Below, one piece after another: positions 46,458 through 55,811 of a stretch of DNA of 58,425 bases. The stretch is from assembly GCA_051382335.1 (NCBI GenBank), contig JBBCAX010000038.1:1-58425 (forward strand), given 5' to 3'. The translations under genes and the position numbers were made by a program. Origin of the DNA: Deltaproteobacteria bacterium TL4. Lineage in GTDB: Bacteria > SAR324 > NAC60-12. Below the pieces are notes generated by a model that was not told the origin of the DNA, ran no database searches, and saw only the letters and a list, made by a program, of their open reading frames with translations. How positions within the stretch are numbered: the first letter of the stretch is position 1; each line of letters starts with the position of its first letter.

Positions 46458-48611
46458 TTGAAGGAAGCAATCTTTATCCAAGCGAAACGTCACATGATCC
46501 TCAATCCATCTATTGATAAGGCGAATCACAACGGCTCCGTTTTAAGTAAAGGCGGCTATGGACTGCTCTTGCTTTATTTCCTGAGTGTGACGTGGTTAGC
46601 CTATTTCAACGCCATTGACGCGGTACCTCATATTGACGATAACGATCTGTTCAATAATAACATTTTTCCTTCAAAAATCAGTACCATAACGCCCTTGAAA
46701 GAAACACTGGAAAACCTCTGGTCTTGTAAGCGTTTTCCTTGTCGACCTATAGTCAACTTGAGCTTTAATTTGAATGAGATGATTAACGGTAGTGCTGTAC
46801 GGGGATACCACGTGTTCAACATCAGTCTACATGCCTTGAACGGATTTCTGGTATTTTTACTGATTATGAAAATGGGCTCACACCTCTACCCGCTTGGCCT
46901 AAATACGACAGAGAATCCCCTCTTTTTCAAGAGCCTCTTTTTTAGCGCGTTCTGCGCGTCGTCCTTGTTTGTGCTGCATCCCGCATTGACCGCATGTGTC
47001 AATTATATCATCCAGCGCTATGCTGAAGTCGCGACTACTTTTTATCTCGCAAGTGTTTTAAGTTATCTTCAAAGCAAAGAAAAACCCCCTTTGAAAAAAG
47101 GGTTTTGGATTGGAATGACGCTTCTTTTGTATTGGTGTGCGTTTCGTTCCAAGGAAACAGCCATCACCTTGCCTGGTATTTTATTGGTCTATGAATTGTT
47201 CCGCATCATTCAGCAGCCTGAAAAAATAAGGACACTCCTCCGATGGGCCATTCCCCTCTTTGCGGGAATCCTGCTGCTTTGCCTCATTTACTATCAAACC
47301 GTTATGTTGAAATTAGAGGTATTTCAGAATCCTCACCATGTAACGTTCTGGCAATACTTCCAAACGGAATCCCGCATATTGGTTCATTACTGGAAAATGT
47401 TGTTGCTGCCTTTACCTCAGTGGATCAGCATCCTGTACGATTTTGAATTATCCAAGAGTCCTTTCGAGATTAATGCGCTCATGGCTTTGAGCTTTCATCT
47501 AAGTCTGATGTTTACCGCGTTAGGACTTGCCAGAAAGGGAAAATACTTCTGTGCTTTGGGGATTAGCTGGTTTTATATCACCCTTGCCCCGTTTTGGGTG
47601 ATTCCTCTAAAAACCCTAATGGCAGGTCATAAAGTCTATTTGGCGGCCCAGGGAGTTACCTTCCTGTTGGCTGAAGGCTTCTTGTGGTTAGGGTTAAAGA
47701 AGTTTCACTATAAGGATACGATCGCGCTTTGTTTGATGGCCTTGGCAATGCTGGGAACCTGGACCCGAAATGAAGTTTACCAAGACCCACTGACACTCTT
47801 AAACGATGGAATTCAAAAAGCGCCCCAGCACTATGGACTTTATCTTAATCGAGGAATTTATTATCTCGAATCAAAACATTTTGAGTTAGCCTTACAGGAT
47901 TTTGATCGGGCGTTGCAACTCAATCCCGAAGCGTATAAGGCTTATGTGAATCGAGGGGAAGTTTACTTTCGCCTGGAACAGTATCCACAAGCGGTACAGG
48001 AATACCAGAAAGCCTTGTCCATTAATCCTGGTTATTTTGTGACTTATTGGAAACTGGCAAAAATCTACACACTGTTTAATCAACACCAGTCCGCCCTTCA
48101 GATGTATGATGGTCTTTTGGAACACTATCCCGAGAGTACACCGCTTTTGGTAAAGCGTGGTCAAACTTATGCGGCCTTAGGACAACATGACAAGGCTCTT
48201 TCCGATTATGCTCAGGCGCTGATCACCAGTCCTCATCTACCCATGATTTATCATTACAGAGGAATCAGCTTACGCCACTTGAAACGATATTCGGAGGCTC
48301 TAGCCGATTTTTCCAGGCTGATTTCACAATATCCCATGACAACCGAGCCTTTCATTGAACGAGCCCGTACTTGGGTAGAAATGAATCAGCAGGATCAAGC
48401 TCTCGAAGATTATACTCGTGCGATTCACTTGGATTCACGTTTAAAAGAGGTGTTTATTGAACGAGGGAAAATCTTTTGGGTTAAGAAGCAAAAAGACCGG
48501 GCGTGTCTAGATTGGAAAACCGCATGTGATTTGGGCGAGTGTGCTTTTTATCACTCTGCTGAAAACAAAAATACAGAAATTTCCTCTGATATATCTTGTC
48601 TTAAGGAGTAA
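46458..48611 (+). CDS. TMTC-like GT-C glycosyltransferase with C-terminal TPRs
   Basis: DD in the first loop, RP motif, YHVFNISLHALN, LFVLHP..V.YI.QR, SKETAI, then multiple TPRs. The start may be the ATG at 46494. Confidence 0.8.
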   Translation: MKEAIFIQAKRHMILNPSIDKANHNGSVLSKGGYGLLLLYFLSVTWLAYFNAIDAVPHIDDNDLFNNNIFPSKISTITPLKETLENLWSCKRFPCRPIVNLSFNLNEMINGSAVRGYHVFNISLHALNGFLVFLLIMKMGSHLYPLGLNTTENPLFFKSLFFSAFCASSLFVLHPALTACVNYIIQRYAEVATTFYLASVLSYLQSKEKPPLKKGFWIGMTLLLYWCAFRSKETAITLPGILLVYELFRIIQQPEKIRTLLRWAIPLFAGILLLCLIYYQTVMLKLEVFQNPHHVTFWQYFQTESRILVHYWKMLLLPLPQWISILYDFELSKSPFEINALMALSFHLSLMFTALGLARKGKYFCALGISWFYITLAPFWVIPLKTLMAGHKVYLAAQGVTFLLAEGFLWLGLKKFHYKDTIALCLMALAMLGTWTRNEVYQDPLTLLNDGIQKAPQHYGLYLNRGIYYLESKHFELALQDFDRALQLNPEAYKAYVNRGEVYFRLEQYPQAVQEYQKALSINPGYFVTYWKLAKIYTLFNQHQSALQMYDGLLEHYPESTPLLVKRGQTYAALGQHDKALSDYAQALITSPHLPMIYHYRGISLRHLKRYSEALADFSRLISQYPMTTEPFIERARTWVEMNQQDQALEDYTRAIHLDSRLKEVFIERGKIFWVKKQKDRACLDWKTACDLGECAFYHSAENKNTEISSDISCLKE

Positions 48612-48780
48612 AACAGTTTAATTCTTCACTATGAATTTAATCATTAGGATCACAAAGAAATGAGAAGTGAGAATATCTTGTTGAGTCAAACGATCTTGAA
48701 ACGTTCTGTCAAAGTCCTCCTGACTAGTTTTTCGACGGGGTCTCTACATTTTTGCTTCAATCCAACACGCTAAAAACGCT

Positions 48781-49569
48781 ATGTCACTAGACACTCAAGA
48801 TTATAAAGAGTTGGTGTTTGCAAAACAGTTATTAGAAGCACCCTCTTTGGCAAGCAAACTTAACGAAGTGATTGGATCACCTCTTGAGAGAGGCTTTGCT
48901 TTGTTGCCTGATGAATGGAATCACCTGGTGCAAAAAGCGACTCAGAAGGCGCTCTATGCCGCCTTGGAATTTGCTTTCAAGAATTTGGGTGAAATCTCAC
49001 CACGTCCTCCTTCAAACCGGTTTCATAAATTGCTTTCCGCGGCATCAGGCGCAACGGGGGGTGCCCTTGGAATTTTTTCTTTGCCGGTGGAATTGCCGAT
49101 TTCCACAATCATCATGCTCCGCTCCATAGGCGATATCGCAAGAAGCGAACACGCGGATCTGCGTTTAATCGAGAACAAATTAGCGTGTTTAGAGGTTTTT
49201 GCCTTAGGAAATTCTACGTCCGATCAGAATGTCCTTGAAAGTAGCTACTATTTAACCCGTGCCGCAACAACTAAAGTCCTCATGGAAGCCGCGGAATATC
49301 TGGCGACACGCAGCCTTGCGGAAGAAGGAAGTTCCGTTGTTCTGAGGTTGATCGCAACCCTGACCGCTCGTTTTGGCTTTACGGTTTCGAGCAAGGTGGC
49401 CGCAAGCGCTGTTCCCATCATTGGCGCTGCCAGTGGTGCGTTAATCAACACCTTTTTTATCGAGTATTTTCAAACCTTGGCTCATGGGCATTTTATCATA
49501 AAACGTTTGGAAAGACGCTATGATCCTCGTTTAGTAGAAGTCGAATACCAGAACATCACTTTTCATTAA
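48781..49569 (+). CDS. EcsC-family protein
   Basis: AKQLLEAPSLA, SGATGGALG..LPVELP.ST.IMLRSI.DIA, ACLEVFALG, VPIIGAASGA.IN. Confidence 0.85.
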   Translation: MSLDTQDYKELVFAKQLLEAPSLASKLNEVIGSPLERGFALLPDEWNHLVQKATQKALYAALEFAFKNLGEISPRPPSNRFHKLLSAASGATGGALGIFSLPVELPISTIIMLRSIGDIARSEHADLRLIENKLACLEVFALGNSTSDQNVLESSYYLTRAATTKVLMEAAEYLATRSLAEEGSSVVLRLIATLTARFGFTVSSKVAASAVPIIGAASGALINTFFIEYFQTLAHGHFIIKRLERRYDPRLVEVEYQNITFH

Positions 49570-49581
49570 TGGAATTCTCGC

Positions 49582-50481
49582 ATGTCTTCTCGAAAAAAAC
49601 TGCTAATCACTGGTGCCAGTGGCTTTTTAGGGTGGAATCTTTGTCATGCTCTTTCCGCTGACTGGGAGCTTTATGGGACCCTTTTTCGCCAGCAAATGCA
49701 TATTCCAGGGACCACCCTGCTTCGTACCGATCTCAGCCAATATCCGGAATTAAAGCAACTCTTTCTAACGATCAAACCGGACGCTGTGATTCATACCGCG
49801 GCCTTGGCCAAACCCGGATACTGTCAAGAATTTCCAGAGGAGAGCTATAAGCTCAATGTAGAGGCTTCGACTCAGATCGCGGGACTCTGCGCAGACCTCC
49901 AAATTCCCTGTATCTTTACTTCTTCCGATTTGGTTTTTGACGGAAAAAATCCGCCTTATGAGGAAACGGCTCCACCTTGTCCGGTTAATCGTTATGGAGC
50001 GCAAAAAGTCTTAGCGGAAGAAAAGATGCGAGCCACTTATCCCTCAACCATGATTTGCCGAATGGCCCTGATGTTTGGGCCTTCTGGCCCCAAGGCGACC
50101 AGTATCTTGCAGCCCATGTTGAAGGCCATGGCTCAAGGCGAAAAACTCCATTTATTTGAAGATGAATTTCGTTCTCCTTTAAGTGCGGAAGCTGCTGTCT
50201 CTGGCTTGGTAATCGCATTGAATTCTCAACAAGGGGGGATCCTGCACTTAGGAGGCTATGAGTCGATTTCCCGTTTTGATTTTGGGAAAATCGTCGCGAG
50301 TGTGTTTCAAGAAAAAAACGCAAACCTGGTTCGTTGTAAACAGGCCGATGTTCCCACAATCGCACCTCGTTCTTCCAATGTTTCCTTCGATAGTTCCAAA
50401 GCGATGTCCTTAGGTTTCGCTCCGTTGCCCTTGACGCAGGAATTAATGAAAATCTACAGGCACGGACCCCATAAATGTTGA
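49582..50481 (+). CDS. RmlD-like NAD(P)-dependent SDR oxidoreductase
   Basis: ITGASGFLG, SSDLVFDG, YGAQK, DEFRSP. Confidence 0.85.
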   Translation: MSSRKKLLITGASGFLGWNLCHALSADWELYGTLFRQQMHIPGTTLLRTDLSQYPELKQLFLTIKPDAVIHTAALAKPGYCQEFPEESYKLNVEASTQIAGLCADLQIPCIFTSSDLVFDGKNPPYEETAPPCPVNRYGAQKVLAEEKMRATYPSTMICRMALMFGPSGPKATSILQPMLKAMAQGEKLHLFEDEFRSPLSAEAAVSGLVIALNSQQGGILHLGGYESISRFDFGKIVASVFQEKNANLVRCKQADVPTIAPRSSNVSFDSSKAMSLGFAPLPLTQELMKIYRHGPHKC

Positions 50482-50489
50482 GGATTTAA

Positions 50490-51737
50490 ATGAAAGAACG
50501 ACTGAAAAAAATCAAAAAAGAACAACTGGGGAAAATCAAAAATCTTGTTAAGGACCATTTCTTACATCCCAAAGTCGATAATGCGAAAGTGGAAGAACAT
50601 TTAAGTCGCATCAGAAAAGAACTTCCCGTCCCGGTTATTTGGCTTTTAGGCAAAACTCAATCGGGAAAAACTTCTTTAATTCGAGCGCTCACTAATAGTA
50701 CGCAAAGTGAGATTGGTGATGGGATCAGGCCGTGTACTAAAACCGCGGTCATGTATGATTTTCCCAACCAGGAGCATGGTTTTGTGCGGTTTTTAGACAC
50801 ACGAGGCTTAGGCGAAGTGGATTATGATCCCAAAGAAGACATGAATTTATTTAAAACACAGTCTCATTTATTGATTGTTGTGATGAAGGCCATGGATCAT
50901 GCGCAACAATCGGTGATGGAACCCTTGAAAAAAATTGTCGAAGAACATCCGGAATGGCCTGTTATTGTCGCACAAACTTCACTTCATGAAGGCTATCCGG
51001 ACATGGCCACACCCCATGCTCTTCCTTATGCTTACCGGCAATCTCCCTTTCCTGATCATCTTCCTTCATCTTTGACACTGTCGTTACTCAGACAACGAGA
51101 GTTGTTTAAAGACATTCGCGCTACCTTTGTCCCTTTAGATTTTACTTTACCTGAAGATGAGTTGGATCCTCCCTACTATGGATTGAATGAACTGTGGGAA
51201 GACATTGAACAGATCCTGCCTTTGGGCTTGCGGACCATGATGAAAGAAAAAGTGCAGGTGAGGAAGAATTTAAAGGATATTTATATCAAAACCGCTCATC
51301 CCCATATCATTGCTTACGCTATCGCGGCCGGAGGTTCTGGGCTTATTCCTGTCCCCTTCGTGGCAATCCCGATCATTTCCACAGTTCAATTTAAAATGTA
51401 TCAAACCTTGGCTTCTATCTATAATCAAGAATTTAATGCACGACGTTACGCGGAGCTCGCAAGCACACTGGGGGTTGGTTTTATCGCAAGTATGGGAGGT
51501 CGGGAACTATTGAAAGTTATTCCAGGATTCGGGGCCGCCGTGAGTTCTCTCTATGCGTCAGCAACGACCTACGCCTTGGGACATACGATCTGTGCTTACT
51601 TCAGTTACGCCTTGAAAGGCGACATTCCTACCAGAGAAACCTTTCAAAAACTTTACAAGGAACAGTTTGCGGAAGGAAGAGGCCTCTTACAAAAATACAT
51701 GGCTTCTGTGAAAAACGCCTCAGAACCTTTTCATTAA
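50490..51737 (+). CDS. P-loop GTPase with C-terminal DUF697/YcjF-type domain
   Basis: GKTQSGKTS, PCT, DTRG, C-terminal IPVP..Q..M...LA.IY and K.IPG.G...A.TYALG. Confidence 0.8.
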   Translation: MKERLKKIKKEQLGKIKNLVKDHFLHPKVDNAKVEEHLSRIRKELPVPVIWLLGKTQSGKTSLIRALTNSTQSEIGDGIRPCTKTAVMYDFPNQEHGFVRFLDTRGLGEVDYDPKEDMNLFKTQSHLLIVVMKAMDHAQQSVMEPLKKIVEEHPEWPVIVAQTSLHEGYPDMATPHALPYAYRQSPFPDHLPSSLTLSLLRQRELFKDIRATFVPLDFTLPEDELDPPYYGLNELWEDIEQILPLGLRTMMKEKVQVRKNLKDIYIKTAHPHIIAYAIAAGGSGLIPVPFVAIPIISTVQFKMYQTLASIYNQEFNARRYAELASTLGVGFIASMGGRELLKVIPGFGAAVSSLYASATTYALGHTICAYFSYALKGDIPTRETFQKLYKEQFAEGRGLLQKYMASVKNASEPFH

Positions 51738-51816
51738 TACCCCTCCAGTTCCCGCGACAAATGACGCAGCGTGTCAACAATGTATTAAGTGAAGCAGAGA
51801 AGGCGTAAGGAGGATC

Positions 51817-51897
51817 ATGGCATATCAAGAAATCATCTATGAAAAACAAGATCATCTGTATCATAAGGAGCATGATGTTAGCTTTAAAAGACCTTGA
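51817..51897 (+). pseudogene. possible 5' remnant of an enoyl-CoA hydratase gene
   Basis: AAGGAGG RBS, then MAYQEIIYEKQDH (crotonase-like N-terminus), after which similarity is lost and the frame stops at 26 aa. Confidence 0.45.
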
Positions 51898-53041
51898 TTT
51901 TTTAGACTTTGAAAGTTCCTTGGGCATGGAAGAACGGACTGTCAGGGATACGGTTCAACGTTTTGTTAATGAACGGGTTCTGCCTGATATTGAGAAGCAT
52001 TATCGTGAGGGAACCTGTCCTTTGGAACTCTATCAGGCGATGGGAAAGTTGGGTTTCCTGGGATGCAGTCTTCAAGGATACGGTTGTGCGGGGTTATCCT
52101 CGTTGGCTTACGGTTTGTTGCAGCAGGAGTTAGAAGCCGGAGACGCGGCAATCCGAAGCATGGTTTCAGTTCAAAGTTCTTTATGCATGTATGCGATTCA
52201 TACGTTTGGAAGTGAAGCGCAAAAACAAAAGTGGCTTCCCCTCATGGCCAAAGGCGAAAAAATCGGTTGTTTTGGTCTCACAGAATCCGATTTTGGATCC
52301 AATCCCAGTGGAATGAGGACAAAAGCGGAGCGTACCGCAACCGGTTATCGTTTGAATGGTTCCAAGATGTGGATTACGAACGGCTCTGTCGCGGATGTCG
52401 CCATTGTCTGGGCAAAACTGGAGGGTACGATTCACGGGTTTTTAGTGGAAAAGGGGACGAACGGGTTTCAGGCCCAGGATATTCACAACAAACATTCGCT
52501 CCGTGCTTCAATCACGTCAGAACTCAGTTTTGATGATTGTGATATTCCTAAAGACAGCCTTCTACCTCATGCTGATGGTTTGAAAGGACCTTTATCCTGT
52601 TTAGCGCATGCCCGTTTTGGTGTGGCCTGGGGGGCACTTGGTTCAGCGAGAAGCTGTTTTTATGAAGCGAAAGAATATGCCTTGTCCCGCAAGCAATTCC
52701 GGGATCAGCCTATTGCCTCTCATCAACTCGTACAAGCCAAGTTGTCTCAAATGTTGATGGAGATCACAAAAGCTCAAGCACTGACGTTTCAAGTCACAAA
52801 ACTTAAAGAATCGGGAAAGTTCACGCCGGTTCACAGTTCCATGATCAAAATGAACAATACGGAAATGTCTCTTCAAGTGGCGAGAGCAGCCAGGTCTATT
52901 CTTGGAGCTAATGGGATTTCAGGGGAGTACCCCATCATGCGGCACATGTGTAATCTGGAAACCACGGTAACGTATGAAGGAACGACCGATATTCATCTGC
53001 TCACTATAGGCAAAGAAATAACCGGAATATCAGCCTTCTGA
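51872..53041 (+). CDS. acyl-CoA dehydrogenase, glutaryl-CoA dehydrogenase-like
   Basis: RSMVSVQSSL, GCFGLTE.DFGSNP, LRASIT, ILGANGI..EYP.MRHM.NLE...TYEGT.DIH. Start is ATG 51872 or 51875 after AAGGAG. Confidence 0.88.
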   Translation: MMLALKDLDFLDFESSLGMEERTVRDTVQRFVNERVLPDIEKHYREGTCPLELYQAMGKLGFLGCSLQGYGCAGLSSLAYGLLQQELEAGDAAIRSMVSVQSSLCMYAIHTFGSEAQKQKWLPLMAKGEKIGCFGLTESDFGSNPSGMRTKAERTATGYRLNGSKMWITNGSVADVAIVWAKLEGTIHGFLVEKGTNGFQAQDIHNKHSLRASITSELSFDDCDIPKDSLLPHADGLKGPLSCLAHARFGVAWGALGSARSCFYEAKEYALSRKQFRDQPIASHQLVQAKLSQMLMEITKAQALTFQVTKLKESGKFTPVHSSMIKMNNTEMSLQVARAARSILGANGISGEYPIMRHMCNLETTVTYEGTTDIHLLTIGKEITGISAF

Positions 53042-53199
53042 TTGGAGGTTTTAGGACTGGATCGTGCCGGTTCCAAGTTGTGACCGTATTGATAACCGGA
53101 ATTCCACACGTTTAAGTCCGCGCGCGGCGCAAAAAAACTAAATTTAGGGTTAGAACTTTTCGTGCGCTTCGTGGACTGAACCGGTATCGTTCGATTCCT

Positions 53200-54981
53200 T
53201 CATATCTCCGTTGTTGAGATCTGAACTTCACGGCGATAATGATCGAAGAGCGTTGATTTAGAAATCATTCCCAGATACTTGCCTTCATCAACAACAGGCA
53301 GGGACCAGCCTCCATAGGCGTCAAATTTATTAAGAGCCTCATGAATAGAATGGTCACATTCGATCATAGGCCACGTTTTCATAATAGACCCCATGGTCAC
53401 AAGATCATGGATGTTGTAATCAAATAAGTAGGGACGGATATCATCCAACAAGACAATGCCCATGTAATTTCCCTCTTCATCCAGAACTGGGAAATAATTG
53501 CGTTTGGATCTTTTGAAATAGGGAATGAAATCTCCTAAAAGCAAGCCTTCCGGAATCGTGGTGAAATCAAGATCAAGCATATCGCGGAGATCCAGGTTAT
53601 GAAGTACATAGGCATCCGATCCTGTTTTGACCAGAATTCCTTCCTTGATCAGTTCACGAGTATAGATGGAGCCAAAGTCGAGCAAGAAACTCATGAGCAT
53701 GGAGGTGCTGGCGGTGATCATGAGGGGTAAAATCAAGGAGTAGCCCCTGGTAATTTCCATGACTAAAAAAATGCCTGTGAGCGGTCCTTGCATCAAGCCG
53801 GTTACCATTCCAGCCATGCCAATGAGAGAAAAAGCCGTTCCTGACGCAATGTTTCCTAAAGAAAACAGATTGAGAATTAATCCAAAGCACAAGCCAACAC
53901 CACTTCCGATGATCAAACTTGGAGCAAACACGCCTCCAATCCCTCCGCTTCCCAAGGTGATCCCGCAGGCGAGGAACTTCATACAGGTAAAAATAAACAC
54001 AAAGCCCAGTGTTGGACGAACCACGCCTGTTAGAAAATTCTGAGTGACATCGTAGCCTTCAAACAGGATCTCCGGGAAGTAAAAGCCCAGGAGCCCCACG
54101 CCAAGTCCCCCGATTGCCGCTCTGACCCAAAAACGTTTTGATATTTTCTTAAAGAAGCGTTCCCAAAAATTCAAGCTTCTGGAAAAAGCACTGGAAACGA
54201 CACTGGTGACGATGCCCAAAACAATACAGGCCACAAGAGAGGTTATAGAAAAGGACGCAATTTCATAAAAAAACGTAATCTTGTTGCCCATCAGCAGTCG
54301 GCTGATTTCAGTCGCGGCAATAGCAGAAATAATGATGGGAAGAATCGTCAAATGCGACCATTCTCTCAAAATAATTTCCACCGTAAATATCATGCCCGTG
54401 ATGGGCGCGTTAAAAATGCCCGAAATCGCCCCGGCAACCCCATAACTGATCAACAACTTTCTTTGACGTTCATTCAGCTTGAACCGACGTCCCAACAAGG
54501 CGCCCCACGCTCCGCCGACACAGATAATCGGCCCTTCCAACCCTGCCGAACCTCCGCTTCCTACGGTCAGCAGACTTCCCAAGAAGCGGGTTATAATCAT
54601 TCTTCTTTTTAATTCTCCATCACCAAGGGAGACGCTGTTAATGACACTCGGAACACCATGTGGGTCCAGATCATTAAAAAGGGATTTCACAATAAAAACT
54701 CCGATCCCTGCGCCAAAGGCTGGGACCAGGACAAACCAAACATGAGACTGGCCTTGCTGAACAAAACTTTTTAAGGCATGAACGCCCCAGTTCAATCCTA
54801 CCGCAAGGACGCCACAACCGACTCCGATCATCAAGGCGCACAACATCATGAGGAAGGTTTCTTTCACGGAAACACCGCGCAGTCGGATCATTTCTTTTTC
54901 AAGACCAGATATCTTAAACTTCGTGAGGATATTACTGAAACGAGCCTCTGTATATTTTCTTAAACTTTTGAACCAATTCAT
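53200..54981 (-). CDS. ClC-family chloride channel/transporter with two CBS domains
   Basis: HGVP, GGSAGLEGP, FNAPITG, GGVFAP, SIYT, then a CBS pair. Confidence 0.92.
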   Translation of the reverse strand: MNWFKSLRKYTEARFSNILTKFKISGLEKEMIRLRGVSVKETFLMMLCALMIGVGCGVLAVGLNWGVHALKSFVQQGQSHVWFVLVPAFGAGIGVFIVKSLFNDLDPHGVPSVINSVSLGDGELKRRMIITRFLGSLLTVGSGGSAGLEGPIICVGGAWGALLGRRFKLNERQRKLLISYGVAGAISGIFNAPITGMIFTVEIILREWSHLTILPIIISAIAATEISRLLMGNKITFFYEIASFSITSLVACIVLGIVTSVVSSAFSRSLNFWERFFKKISKRFWVRAAIGGLGVGLLGFYFPEILFEGYDVTQNFLTGVVRPTLGFVFIFTCMKFLACGITLGSGGIGGVFAPSLIIGSGVGLCFGLILNLFSLGNIASGTAFSLIGMAGMVTGLMQGPLTGIFLVMEITRGYSLILPLMITASTSMLMSFLLDFGSIYTRELIKEGILVKTGSDAYVLHNLDLRDMLDLDFTTIPEGLLLGDFIPYFKRSKRNYFPVLDEEGNYMGIVLLDDIRPYLFDYNIHDLVTMGSIMKTWPMIECDHSIHEALNKFDAYGGWSLPVVDEGKYLGMISKSTLFDHYRREVQISTTEI

Positions 54982-55606
54982 ATTTATTTGGGTTTGATTT
55001 TAAAAACTGGTATGTCTCATTATCTCGTACAATATTCGCTAACTGAGAAAGGACTTCCAAGTGGTGGCTCGTATTAGAACATAACAAAACAAATAGAACA
55101 AAAACAGGAACACCATCCAAGGCGTTAAAGTCCACTGGGGGTTCCAAAAAAAACGTGTAAACAATCGGTTTATGAAACGTGATATCTTCCAGCGGGAAAC
55201 GTGGTTGAGGAACGGCCACACCTCGTCCGAGGGCGGTAGGACTGACCCTTTCTCTCATATACAACAGTTGCGAAAGCGGAACCTGCTGTTTTCCTTTCAA
55301 GTCAATCAATCTTTCAATTTCCAAAAAAATATCCATGAGCGAGGATATTCCCCGGATACAAAAACAATCTCCTGCTTCCATAGCCGGAATCAAATACTCT
55401 TTTTCAGGATCTTTTTCATTCTCAGCGGTCTTGTTTAAGCTGATACGCTTAGATGCGGCCCATGATTCCAAGGTGGTTTTTTCAATCATATAGCGACCTT
55501 GGACTAATGAAAAGGGAATGACGCCTCGAGTAATCCATCGTCTAATAATGGACTCTGGAACTTTCAACCATTCAGAGGCCAACGAAATGGAAACCTGCTT
55601 GGACAT
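54932..55606 (-). CDS. HTH (excisionase-like) + PTS EIIA(Ntr)-like protein with phospho-His replaced by Gln
   Basis: N-terminal A..WL.V....IRRWI..G.IP HTH, RE...PTALGRGVAVPQPR, DFNALDG.PV, HL..L. Start is probably ATG 55606. Confidence 0.8.
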   Translation of the reverse strand: MSKQVSISLASEWLKVPESIIRRWITRGVIPFSLVQGRYMIEKTTLESWAASKRISLNKTAENEKDPEKEYLIPAMEAGDCFCIRGISSLMDIFLEIERLIDLKGKQQVPLSQLLYMRERVSPTALGRGVAVPQPRFPLEDITFHKPIVYTFFLEPPVDFNALDGVPVFVLFVLLCSNTSHHLEVLSQLANIVRDNETYQFLKSNPNKYELVQKFKKIYRGSFQ

Positions 55607-55811
55607 AATAAACCTTATTTTTTCTGAAAAACTGTTTGGGGCAATTTTCTGCAAGGACTTATAACACCGATATCGGCCGAAATCAATGAAGAAGCTGAGA
55701 AAAATAAATAGCTTCCCGGTTACGAGGCGCTTACTATAGGGAACTCCTTCGGAGAATCAGCATAACTTTGCGGCAAGGGAGAGATCACTGGCCGAGTTAA
55801 AAATCAACTTA

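Noticed and set aside
53120..53199. GTTCGATTCC, resembling a tRNA T-loop
   Set aside because: No acceptor, D or anticodon stems can be built around it.
54932..54981. Programmed frameshift fusing EIIA to ClC
   Set aside because: Both ORFs look complete, and I see no clear slippery heptamer with a stimulatory structure. A simple overlap is sufficient.
55720..55800. Possible fluoride riboswitch upstream of the EIIA-clc genes (minus strand has GCCGCA...TGCTGAT)
   Set aside because: The P1 stem and pseudoknot pairing are missing, and the ClC has GLEGP/GGVFAP motifs rather than the GREGT/GEVTP motifs of fluoride-specific CLC-F proteins.
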